Shown here one piece after another: positions 1 through 7,810 of a stretch of 13,949 bases of DNA. The notes under the pieces were generated by a model that did not search any database, had not been told where the DNA came from, and worked only from the letters and a program-made list of their open reading frames with translations. Origin of the DNA: Halothece sp. Uz-M2-17 (lineage in GTDB: Bacteria; Cyanobacteriota; Cyanobacteriia; Cyanobacteriales; Rubidibacteraceae); contig JAVLCL010000031.1 of NCBI GenBank assembly GCA_031580825.1, positions 1 to 13,949 of the forward strand, written 5' to 3'. Each line of letters begins with the position of its first letter. The first letter of the stretch is position 1. A program made the position numbers and the translations under genes.

Positions 1-1
1 C

Positions 2-310
2 TCAGCGCAAGTGAACGAAATGTTAGCGCAAATTTGGCAAGATACAGGAGTTGATGCTTCAGAGTTATTCTTGGTGCAACAGATGGAAATGATTCTGAAA
101 CAAGCAGCCAAAGTACCCCATCGCTTGCATTTAGGTGAAGTGACAGTGATTGATAATGGCAATGGTAAAGCCCTTGCTTCCCTGTCAAATGCTTATCCGG
201 AAATGATTCGTCAGTTTTTAAAACAATCAGAAGACACACTCGGTATTACCCTCAGTGGTAAAAAGAGGGAAGTTGCTGAAGAAAACCAAATGGAGGAGGA
301 AGACGCATGA
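2..310 (+). CDS. Flotillin-like (SPFH/band-7 family) protein, C-terminal fragment; 5' end lies outside the window
   Basis: The frame stays open back to the window edge. The C-terminal segment ELFLVQQMEMILKQAAKVPHRLHLGEVTVIDNGNG...LGITLSG parallels the C-terminus of the downstream flotillin ORF (EIFLFQKLEPLLSSMVNTVPEIDVQKVTVIDPAKGGN...TGIDLPG). The stop overlaps the next ATG (ATGA at 307-310). Confidence 0.6.
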   Translation, partial: SAQVNEMLAQIWQDTGVDASELFLVQQMEMILKQAAKVPHRLHLGEVTVIDNGNGKALASLSNAYPEMIRQFLKQSEDTLGITLSGKKREVAEENQMEEEDA

Positions 311-1563
311 CTGCTATTGTAACCTTACTGGTGCTTTTGTTCGGCGGGGCAGGAACCATTGGTCTCGTGATTAAAAATTTATATTACATCTGTCAGCCGA
401 GTGAAATTCTCATTTTTGCTGGAACTCGTCAAACTGTGAGTGGTGATAAAAGCGTTGGTTATCGCTTGGTCAAAGGGGGAAGTAGTATCCGCAAACCCTT
501 GTTAGAAAAAGTGTTTCGGATGAACCTCACCAATATGATTATTGAGTTGAAAGTGACCAATGCTTACTCGAAAGGGGGGATTCCCTTAAAAGTAGATGGG
601 GTTGCCAATATTAAAGTTGCTGGGGAAGAACCCACCATTCACAACGCGATCGAGCGGTTATTAGGAAAAAGCCAAAAGCAAATTGAAAAAATTGCTCAAC
701 AAACCTTAGAAGGGAATTTAAGAGGCGTTCTCGCCAGTCTAACCCCAGAACAAGTTAACGAAGACAAAATGGCATTTGCTCGGAGTTTATTAGAAGAAGC
801 AGAAGATGACTTACAAAAATTAGGGTTAGTCCTCGATAACTTACAAGTTCAGAATATCTCTGATGATGTAAACTATCTGAACTCCATTGGACGCAAACAA
901 CGAGCAGACTTACTGCGAGATGCGCGAATTGCAGAAGCAAGAACCAAAACGGAATCTGCATTGCAATCAGCAGAAAACGAGAAAAACACCTCTCTACGTC
1001 AAGTGGAAGCTCAAATTGCAAAAGTCCGGGCTGAAGCTAACCGTCGCTTACAAAATGCCCTCACTCAGAGAGAAGCAGGGATTGCCGAAGCAGAATCTGA
1101 AATTGCAGCAGAAGTTGCCCGTACCCAAGCCGAATTAGCGGTACAACGGGAACGACGGAAACAAGTAGAACAGCAACTACAAGCGGATGTCGTCGCCCCC
1201 GCCGAAGCAGACTGTCAACGGGCACAAGCTGAAGCAAAAGGACAAGCAGCTAGCATCATTGAGGATGGAAAAGCGCAAGCCGAAGGGTTACGGAGTCTCG
1301 CCAAATCTTGGAATGCTGCGGGAGAAAATGCCAGAGAAATTTTCCTCTTCCAGAAACTGGAACCGCTCTTATCAAGTATGGTTAACACTGTTCCCGAGAT
1401 TGATGTGCAGAAAGTAACGGTGATTGATCCGGCTAAGGGGGGTAATGCGACCAAATTAGCAGCGTTTACAGAACAGTTGCGAGAAAGCACTGGCATTGAT
1501 TTACCTGGGATTGCAGAACGAATGGGACAGTCGAATCAAAGCAATCAAAACAGTGAAGAGTAG
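307..1563 (+). CDS. Flotillin family protein (SPFH/band-7 domain plus EA-rich coiled-coil flotillin domain)
   Basis: 418 aa. It has an N-terminal TM helix (MTAIVTLLVLLFGGAGTIGLVI). The SPFH-like core has ...GGSSIRKPLLEKVFRMNLTNMIIELKV...IPLKVDGVANIKV. A long Ala/Glu/Gln-rich coiled coil follows (AEARTKTESALQSAENEK...AQAEAKGQAA), typical of flotillin/YqiK-like proteins. A GGAGGAGGA Shine-Dalgarno sits about 8 nt upstream of the ATG. Confidence 0.85.
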   Translation: MTAIVTLLVLLFGGAGTIGLVIKNLYYICQPSEILIFAGTRQTVSGDKSVGYRLVKGGSSIRKPLLEKVFRMNLTNMIIELKVTNAYSKGGIPLKVDGVANIKVAGEEPTIHNAIERLLGKSQKQIEKIAQQTLEGNLRGVLASLTPEQVNEDKMAFARSLLEEAEDDLQKLGLVLDNLQVQNISDDVNYLNSIGRKQRADLLRDARIAEARTKTESALQSAENEKNTSLRQVEAQIAKVRAEANRRLQNALTQREAGIAEAESEIAAEVARTQAELAVQRERRKQVEQQLQADVVAPAEADCQRAQAEAKGQAASIIEDGKAQAEGLRSLAKSWNAAGENAREIFLFQKLEPLLSSMVNTVPEIDVQKVTVIDPAKGGNATKLAAFTEQLRESTGIDLPGIAERMGQSNQSNQNSEE

Positions 1564-1635
1564 TTGTTTTCAGAGAACATTCGTGATTATTAATGTGATC
1601 CAACTCTGATAACAGTTGAATATAACACTCTAAAG

Positions 1636-1658
1636 AAACTCCCTCGCTGAGGGAGTTT
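1636..1658. terminator. Perfect 10-bp inverted repeat hairpin (AAACTCCCTC-gct-GAGGGAGTTT) about 70 nt after the flotillin stop; candidate intrinsic terminator or RNA stability hairpin
   Basis: The inverted repeat is exact in the sequence. The GC-rich core stem CTCCCTC/GAGGGAG is followed by TTTAAAAA, so the T-run is short and this is not a canonical terminator. Confidence 0.35.
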
Positions 1659-1856
1659 AAAAATAGAATTTAAACCAGAATATTAATTATAAAAAAATAA
1701 TTATTGTGCGATTTTATTATTTATAGGAGTCTTCCAGTTCTAGGCTATATCGGTTTATAATAAAGGCTTAAGAGTCAGCAAAAAAATGTTTCAAAATAAA
1801 ATTCTTTTCAGGATTTTTGTATGTAAAAGTTAACTTGAACTTAACTCAGACCAACA

Positions 1857-2573
1857 ATGAAAAAACTAATTTTTTATTTCGCTTCTGTTCTTTTGTCCAC
1901 ATTACCGGCACAAGCTGTTCCTAACTTTGCGTCAAGGAATATTCAAGGACTGAATGTTAATGTTCCTCAAGGATGGCAGGTAGAATCAGATCACTATAGT
2001 ATTCAACTGTTTGCAGATCCCAGTAACGAAGACGCACCAACGATGGGATTAATTGCAGCAACAGCAAATCAAAGTATGACCATTACCCCAGCGCAAGTGA
2101 GTGCTATGGTTATCCAACAAATTCAAGCAGCAGCACCCACGACTCAAATGCAGTTAGTTGATCAAAATGACAATGGGACTGCTTTGTATCAGCTTCATCA
2201 ACTGACTGAAGGTTCAAATATTGGTTATATGAGTAGCTACACATATACTGATCAAGGCAGTGGTTCTATGGTTTATGTCTTTTTTACCGCTTTAGCTCAA
2301 GATTTTGTTAACTTAGGCGGTCCCGCTTTACCTTTAGTTGCTTTTGGTGGACTGCAACCACAAGCTGTTGCTAACATTCAACAGCAAGTCACTCAAAATC
2401 CTGCATCTTACCAAAATAATATCAATCAGGATCAGTACAGTAATCTGCAAGTTACCCCTCAAAATTATGAGATGCTGTCCCAAATCTCAGCCATGTCTCA
2501 TGAGACAAGTATGAAAATCCTTCATAATATCGGAGGCGGTTGGTGTTACAGGGGAGAACCAAATTGTTATTAG
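1857..2573 (+). CDS. Secreted hypothetical protein, Q/N-rich, with a C-terminal Cys pair
   Basis: 238 aa. It has a signal peptide (MKKLIFYFASVLLSTLPAQA|VP) and low-complexity Gln/Asn/Thr-rich composition. The C-terminus is GGGWCYRGEPNCY. I recognise no family. Confidence 0.6.
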   Translation: MKKLIFYFASVLLSTLPAQAVPNFASRNIQGLNVNVPQGWQVESDHYSIQLFADPSNEDAPTMGLIAATANQSMTITPAQVSAMVIQQIQAAAPTTQMQLVDQNDNGTALYQLHQLTEGSNIGYMSSYTYTDQGSGSMVYVFFTALAQDFVNLGGPALPLVAFGGLQPQAVANIQQQVTQNPASYQNNINQDQYSNLQVTPQNYEMLSQISAMSHETSMKILHNIGGGWCYRGEPNCY

Positions 2574-2605
2574 ATTTGAATCTCTGTCGTGTTCCTGTCC
2601 CAAAA

Positions 2606-3022
2606 TCATGATTCTAATAAGTTCCGATCGTCTTCACTGGGTAAATAGAGCATTGCTGTTTGTGCTTCTTCATCTGCTTCTACCCAGATTTGAATCGGTA
2701 GTTCAGCTTCTACACCGTTATGAGGAATAGAGAGTCCGACAAAACTTTCCCCATCTTCAGCCTGACGACCCATTAAGTTAAGGGAATTATCTTCAATTTC
2801 CCATAATTGTAGGGGACGAGTAAAATTCCAATTTTTCATTAAGCGTTGTTGATTTTGGAATTTAATAAAATGTCTTAACTCTTCCATCCCATCTTCTGCG
2901 GGGAGAAATAAATAGGGTTGTGCAGCAACGATCAAACTAATTAATTCATTAAGTTTTTCATCATTCTCTTTTAAATCTAAAACGCCTTGAGTTCCTTCTA
3001 CTCTAATTTCTGGTGTCTCCAT
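2606..3022 (-). CDS. Hypothetical acidic cytoplasmic protein
   Basis: 138-aa ORF, acidic, with no TM helices. It is divergent from the downstream transporter gene. I recognise no family confidently. Confidence 0.5.
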   Translation of the reverse strand: METPEIRVEGTQGVLDLKENDEKLNELISLIVAAQPYLFLPAEDGMEELRHFIKFQNQQRLMKNWNFTRPLQLWEIEDNSLNLMGRQAEDGESFVGLSIPHNGVEAELPIQIWVEADEEAQTAMLYLPSEDDRNLLES

Positions 3023-3264
3023 TCTGTTTCCTTAGCCTCATTGCTGGCAATTTTATCACAGTCAAAAATTACCAAAAAAATTACGGGTTTAATGCTCCGT
3101 CATTACTATTGAGTGCCTATGATCTGTTACTTGGGGCAAATTCCCGAATGACTAACGACCATCATAGAAACCCTTGCTCTCGTTAAACTGAAGGATACAG
3201 GGAGTGCAATGCTTAAACTGCAATTAGTTTGATTCCTATATCTCCCCCATCTTGGGTCTCTCTC

Positions 3265-5094
3265 ATGTTTAGTTTTCTGGTCTTACAAGCTCTAGCGATG
3301 GGGTTTGTTAGTGCCTGTTCATTGCCTCTAGGAGCATTAACGGCTCGTTTCTGGCAACCGAGACAGCGTGCATTAGCTTTTCTGATGGCGTTTGGGGCGG
3401 GCGCGTTACTTTCAGCGTTAGCGATTGATTTGGTGAATCCTGCCGTAGAAGCTGGATATTTTTATCCTCTCGCCTTCGGATGTATTTTGGGTGGACTATT
3501 ATTTCTATCTCTAAACCAATTGCTCAATAATTATGGGGGATTTCTTAGAAAAGATTCGATTACGGCTCACTACTTCCAAGCTCGTCAACGACGCAGATTT
3601 AAGCGTATGCTGTCAAATATGGGTCGAATTGATGTATTTCAGCAGCTAGCCCCTAGAGAAATTCAACAGCTTGCCAATAGTGTTTTTAGTCGTAAATATC
3701 CAGCAGGAACCCGAGTTTATCACTCTCGTGAACCGTCAGCAGGTCTTTATATGATTGAAGAAGGGGAAGTGGAACTCTTAGATCCACAGCAAAATGCCCG
3801 TGTTGTTAAGCACTTGACCAAAAATGATGCCTTTGGGCGGATGGCATTTTTTACGGGTGCACCTCACGCCACGATCGCGCTGACAAAAACAGATACTCGA
3901 CTTTGGATCTTACCGAAAACGGCGTTTGATCAGTTGCTCAAAACGTCCCCGACATTAGTGGAAGCGGTCAAACAATTACTTCAAAGTCATGAGATTGCGT
4001 TTTATTTACAACAGCGACAAGGACTCTCACCCAAAAATGTCAAAGCATGGGTGAAGCGGGCGGTTCAAGAAATTGAAACGTGCAGTGCGCCACAGGAAGT
4101 TATTTCCGTTGAGCGCAAAGATCAAGAACTAGAACATCTCTTAACTCAAGTCCGACGAGTTCCGATTTTCCAAGATTTATCACCGGAAGATACACGAGCG
4201 ATTGCAGGGCGGGTTTTTTGCAAACGACATCCCAAGGGTCACACCTTTTTTCATCAAGGTGAACTCGCTGATCGGATGTATATTATCGAAAGTGGAGAAG
4301 TGGCATTAATTGACCGTACCAATCCGCAGCGACAGCCTTTAAACTTGCAAAAACAAGATGCTTTTGGCAGTCTATCTTTTTTAACGGGAACTTTCCACAC
4401 GGCGACCGCGATCGCGAATACAGAGACCATCGTTTGGGTCTTACGAGAACAAGATTTTAATGAACTGTTACAAACCTCACCGCTTCTGGAAACAGCAGTT
4501 AAAACCTTTTTACAAGAAGGAGAAGTGTTTCACTATCTCCAAGAGCGACAAAATTTTGATTTGGATCAAGCTGCGCGTTGGACTCAAAAAGTCATTAAAA
4601 TTATGGATTCGGGTCAATTCATTCCTTCTGCTGCGGAGATGAGAGACGCAATTGAAGAACACCGCAGCGCACCGGTTGCGATCTGGTTGGGGTTGATGCT
4701 GGATGACATTCCCGAATCATTAGTTATTGGTTCCAGCTTAGTCCACTCTCAGGTTAGTTTCTCCTTGATGGCTGGGTTATTTCTCTCGAACTATCCAGAA
4801 GCCCTTTCTAGTTCAGTCGGAATGATGCGACAAGGCTTCTCTTTTCGGCGCGTGGTCAGTATGTGGAGTTCGCTCACTGTAGTGACAGCAGTGGGTGCTG
4901 CACTCGGAAGTCTCTTTTTTGTGAGTGTATCGCCGTTTCTCTTTTTTTTCGTAGAAGGATTAGCAGCCGGTTGCGTACTCACGATGGTTGTGGAAACAAT
5001 GTTGCCCGAAGCCTATTTGAAAGGAGGATCAATTATTGGATTTTCGACTTTAATGGGATTTCTGGCTGCTTTATTTTTTAAAACATTCGAGTGA
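3265..5094 (+). CDS. ZIP-family (ZupT-like) metal permease with two tandem cyclic-nucleotide-binding (CAP/CNB) domains inserted in the cytoplasmic loop
   Basis: - **ZIP N-terminal half:** ALAFLMAFGAGALLSALAIDLV resembles ZupT [22 protein letters not shown].
- **ZIP C-terminal half:** LMLDDIPESLVIGSS...LFLSNYPEALSS...FVEGLAAGCVLTMVVETMLPEA...GFSTLMGFLAALFF resembles ZupT LHNFPEGIA...LHNIPEGLAV...AGIMVALSVDELMPLA.
- **Two CNB beta-roll signatures in between:** FGRMAFFTGAPHATIALTKTDTRLWILPKTAFDQLL and FGSLSFLTGTFHTATAIANTETIVWVLREQDFNELL. Each is followed by a FxYLQxRQ helix.
- **Start uncertain:** the ORF track begins at TTG 3229; the first ATG is 3265. Confidence 0.8.
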   Translation: MFSFLVLQALAMGFVSACSLPLGALTARFWQPRQRALAFLMAFGAGALLSALAIDLVNPAVEAGYFYPLAFGCILGGLLFLSLNQLLNNYGGFLRKDSITAHYFQARQRRRFKRMLSNMGRIDVFQQLAPREIQQLANSVFSRKYPAGTRVYHSREPSAGLYMIEEGEVELLDPQQNARVVKHLTKNDAFGRMAFFTGAPHATIALTKTDTRLWILPKTAFDQLLKTSPTLVEAVKQLLQSHEIAFYLQQRQGLSPKNVKAWVKRAVQEIETCSAPQEVISVERKDQELEHLLTQVRRVPIFQDLSPEDTRAIAGRVFCKRHPKGHTFFHQGELADRMYIIESGEVALIDRTNPQRQPLNLQKQDAFGSLSFLTGTFHTATAIANTETIVWVLREQDFNELLQTSPLLETAVKTFLQEGEVFHYLQERQNFDLDQAARWTQKVIKIMDSGQFIPSAAEMRDAIEEHRSAPVAIWLGLMLDDIPESLVIGSSLVHSQVSFSLMAGLFLSNYPEALSSSVGMMRQGFSFRRVVSMWSSLTVVTAVGAALGSLFFVSVSPFLFFFVEGLAAGCVLTMVVETMLPEAYLKGGSIIGFSTLMGFLAALFFKTFE

Positions 5095-5349
5095 GCGAGC
5101 TTCGCTCGATCGCGCTTATAGAAGTCTCGATATCCTCAAAAAATGCCGACGCTGGATCGATACCAGTGACCCGTAAATTCTTTGGCATTATAACCTCTAA
5201 GGTGAGGGAAGTCAGTAGATTAAATTTTTACAATTTAGATCATTTTACTATATGTTTTATACATCTAAATCTATATGCTCTTTATCATATAAATATAATA
5301 CTAGAATTTAGTAGTTTAATAAAGCCTCACCCAACAAGGTCAATATAAT

Positions 5350-6114
5350 ATGGCTTATCAAAATATATTACTAGACTTAGATATTAACTTTATTCAAAAT
5401 CTTAAGATTGCATGGAATATTTTTAAGGCAAATTTTAAACTCTTTTTTGTTTTATCAATAATTAGACCACTCATAGCATTGATTTCAGTATTACTCGACT
5501 CATTGCCTCAATTAATGTTTAGTGCTTAGATTGATAATATTTTCTTTATTTTATACTTTTTGACGGCTTTAGTAGAACTAACACTAATTTTGATTCCATA
5601 TATTGTTACAGAACAGACAGTCCTGAATAATAAGAGTCAACTTAAGCTAGCATTCAAAAAAGCATTGAGTAAAACATTAATTATCATCATTATTACTTTG
5701 ATCTTAACAATTATAACTGGAATCGGTTTTCTACTATTGATTATTCCTGGAATTTATTTATCAACTCTCTTTAGTTTTTTGTGGCAGTCAATTTGTTTGC
5801 GAAACTGTAAACTAAATGCTTTTACATATAGTAAGAATTTAGTAAAAGGAAGGTGGTGGAAAGTTTTTTATCACTTTTTCTTAATTAGTTTTTTTGGGAT
5901 AATTTTATCATTTTTTATTTTTATGATTTCGGGAATTATTAGTTTTGCCTTACCACAAATTCTAACTTGGAATTATTGGGTTTCCTTTATTTTTATTATC
6001 TTGCCTTTAACGTACTTTTTGTTAGCTTTAACTGTTAATTATTTTATCACAGTGATTACTATTTATTTTCTCAACTTAGATTATAGAAAAAATGGTTTAC
6101 CACTGCGAGTATAA
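5350..6114 (+). pseudogene. DUF975-like polytopic membrane protein gene interrupted by an in-frame TAG (5527-5529); the ORF track shows only the distal part, from TTG 5560 to 6114
   Basis: ATG 5350 opens a 59-codon ORF (MAYQNILLDLDINFIQNLKIAWNIFKANFKLFFVLSII...) in the same frame as the 5560..6114 ORF. A single TAG separates them. The N-terminal W-x-x-FK-x-NF motif and the downstream IIPGIYLSTLFSF...SKNLVKGRWWKVF motifs match the DUF975/YciC-like integral membrane family. That family normally carries them in one polypeptide. Confidence 0.5.
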
Positions 6115-6275
6115 TTTATAAAACTACCCAAGTACTCATGATTTAAATCTTGCTGATCGCCTCGGAAGGTGATGGCGTATGGGGGATTTAAAGCCTGTTC
6201 ATTCGTAGCAACCATTAGGAGATTTCATTCATATTAACTAGAAACCTTGAAAAATAATAAGGAAAGGCGACATAT

Positions 6276-6303
6276 TTGACTAAAAATTAACTTTTCTTAA
6301 AAT
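6276..6303 (+). promoter_or_regulatory. Candidate sigma70-type promoter (TTGACT -16 nt- TAAAAT) about 80 nt upstream of the 6384 gene
   Basis: Motif match only, inside an AT-rich intergenic region. No other support. Confidence 0.25.
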
Positions 6304-6383
6304 TTGGCTTATTACTAATTTGCCAGTTTTATGGGTGTGATAAACTGCCTTGCAAGTCAAGCTATATAAAATGGATTACTAAT

Positions 6384-7652
6384 ATGTCTCAACAACTGAT
6401 TCCTCCCCGAAATATTCAGATTGATGAAACGCATAATAATGTCAGAATTGTCCGAAAGTGGTTAGACAAAACGTTTTTCTCATATTTGTTGCCATTAGCA
6501 ATTGGTTGGAATGGATTTTTCGCTTGTGGTATCTGGATACTTTTCATTAGTGGAAATATAACTTTCAGTTCTGGAATGTTAACTTCAAATATGCCCGTTT
6601 TTGCTAATATAATAATAATTTTATTTATATTAATGGGAATTTATTTAATCTATCTTGTAATTGTAAAATTAATCAACAGAACTGAAATTATAGCTAATGA
6701 TGAAGAAATTGCGATTAGCCACAGACCACTTTTTTATCTTGGCTTAAAGAGGAAACGATTTAGAGTTTCTAATTTAAAGGACTTCCACGTTAAACAAGTT
6801 TATAACCCTGGTACAATTCCAAGTCAATATTATTGTTATGAGGTTTATGCTAATACTCATACAGGAAGTGATCAGAAATTGCTTACTGTTGCAAGTAGTA
6901 AAGAGGCTTATTTTATTGAGACAACCCTAGTAGAGTATTATAAAATTGAACTTGAACCAGAAAATGAAACTGAACATGAGCCGATAAATGCGCGTAGTTT
7001 ACAATCAAAAGAAAAACAACCTGTTGTGAGTAGTGTTAATAAGCCTAATGAAATAGAAAGTCCTAAAAGCATTAAAATTTATCAGGATGATACCCAAATT
7101 AAAATCAGCAAAAAATGGACTGGTGGGGCTTTTATGGCAGGATTTGCAATTTTGTGGAACGGTATTTTTATTGTTTTGGCTCTATTATTTGCTAACAGTG
7201 ACAATACAACTGGAAATCCCTCGCTCCTATTTCCATATTTTTTGGTATTTTTCTCTACGGGATTATTGCTTATTTATGTTGCAGTTATGCTGTGGCGAAA
7301 TTATACCTATATTGTTGCCAATGAGGAATTGATTACGGTTAGCTATGGATCAGTTCCCTGTCCTTGGTTTAGAAATCAACAGATTAAAGCAACTCAATTA
7401 AAAAGACTGTATTCTAAAGTATATTCTAGGGGTAAAAATGGTTATACTTATATCATTCATGCCAAGATGACTTGGAAAAGAAAGAAAAATAGAGAAATAG
7501 AAGAAAGGCTAGTTAGTGTTGATAGTCGTCAAGAAGCCTTGTTTATTGAGAGGACATTAGAGGATTATTACAACATAGAAGATCAGCCTCAGGAAGGAGA
7601 AATTGGTGGACCTGAAAGATCGGTTCTTCGTCGGTTCCTCGGAAATCAATAA
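6384..7652 (+). CDS. Internally duplicated membrane protein of unknown function: 2 x [short beta-strand + TM hairpin + ~110-aa soluble domain]
   Basis: 422 aa.
- **Repeat 1:** IQIDETHNNVRIVRKW..LAIGWNGFF..(2 TM)..EIIANDEEIAISH...YCYEVYAN...KEAYFIETTLVEYYKIE.
- **Repeat 2:** IKIYQDDTQIKISKKW..AILWNGIF..(2 TM)..YIVANEELITVSY...YTYIIHAK...QEALFIERTLEDYYNIE.
- It lies in the low-GC island. I recognise no family confidently; it may be a bacterial PH-like (membrane-flanked) domain arrangement. Confidence 0.75.
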   Translation: MSQQLIPPRNIQIDETHNNVRIVRKWLDKTFFSYLLPLAIGWNGFFACGIWILFISGNITFSSGMLTSNMPVFANIIIILFILMGIYLIYLVIVKLINRTEIIANDEEIAISHRPLFYLGLKRKRFRVSNLKDFHVKQVYNPGTIPSQYYCYEVYANTHTGSDQKLLTVASSKEAYFIETTLVEYYKIELEPENETEHEPINARSLQSKEKQPVVSSVNKPNEIESPKSIKIYQDDTQIKISKKWTGGAFMAGFAILWNGIFIVLALLFANSDNTTGNPSLLFPYFLVFFSTGLLLIYVAVMLWRNYTYIVANEELITVSYGSVPCPWFRNQQIKATQLKRLYSKVYSRGKNGYTYIIHAKMTWKRKKNREIEERLVSVDSRQEALFIERTLEDYYNIEDQPQEGEIGGPERSVLRRFLGNQ

Positions 7653-7777
7653 TACCTTAAAATGGACAACTAAGGGCATTAAATTTCATTTTGTATAGCG
7701 GTTCCTAGTCAGACCAAATAGGTGAAAAGAAGTCATACTAATTCAATGCTGTACTTTATCAGTTCAAGAATTCCTAT

Positions 7778-7797
7778 AAGGTTTTTTAGCCAACCTT
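7778..7797. terminator. Weak hairpin (AAGGTT-N8-AACCTT) between the convergent 6384 and SNF2 genes; possible terminator
   Basis: The 6-bp AT-rich stem is present in the sequence. GCGTTTTTT follows about 10 nt later on the plus strand. This is weak. Confidence 0.2.
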
Positions 7798-7810
7798 CCC
7801 CAAGCGTTTT

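Noticed and set aside
755-1496. ORFs 755..1021(-), 887..1138(+), 1187..1417(+), 1215..1496(-) inside the flotillin gene
   Set aside because: They lie entirely inside, in alternative frames or antisense, the strongly supported 307..1563 flotillin CDS. Their composition is low-complexity, driven by the GC-rich coiled-coil codons. I take them as spurious.
3023-3264. Divergent intergenic region between the acidic hypothetical and the ZIP-CNB gene, searched for NtcA (GTA-N8-TAC) or CRP-like palindromes
   Set aside because: I found no convincing palindromic operator, so no regulatory site is called.
4460-5081. ORFs 4460..4642(+), 4791..4982(-), 4863..5081(+) inside the ZIP-CNB gene
   Set aside because: They are nested in the 3229/3265..5094 CDS, which has clear domain signatures. 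They have no independent support.
5092-5112. Small hairpin GAGCGAGC-ttc-GCTCG immediately after the ZIP gene stop
   Set aside because: The stem is short and there is no U-tract. It is part of a near-HIP1 (CGATCGCG) context, so it is probably incidental rather than a terminator.
5091-5348. ORF 5091..5348 (+, 85 aa) in the AT-rich intergenic region
   Set aside because: It starts inside the stop codon region of the ZIP gene and has no start context. Its sequence is low-complexity and driven by AT-rich intergenic DNA. It is most likely not coding.
5343-5348. TATAAT hexamer directly abutting the ATG at 5350
   Set aside because: It is 1 nt from the start codon, too close to serve as a -10 element for that gene unless the mRNA is leaderless. 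AT-rich DNA makes chance occurrence likely.
7087-7332. ORF 7087..7332 (+, 81 aa) within the 6384..7652 gene
   Set aside because: It is an alternative frame of the well-supported duplicated membrane-protein CDS.
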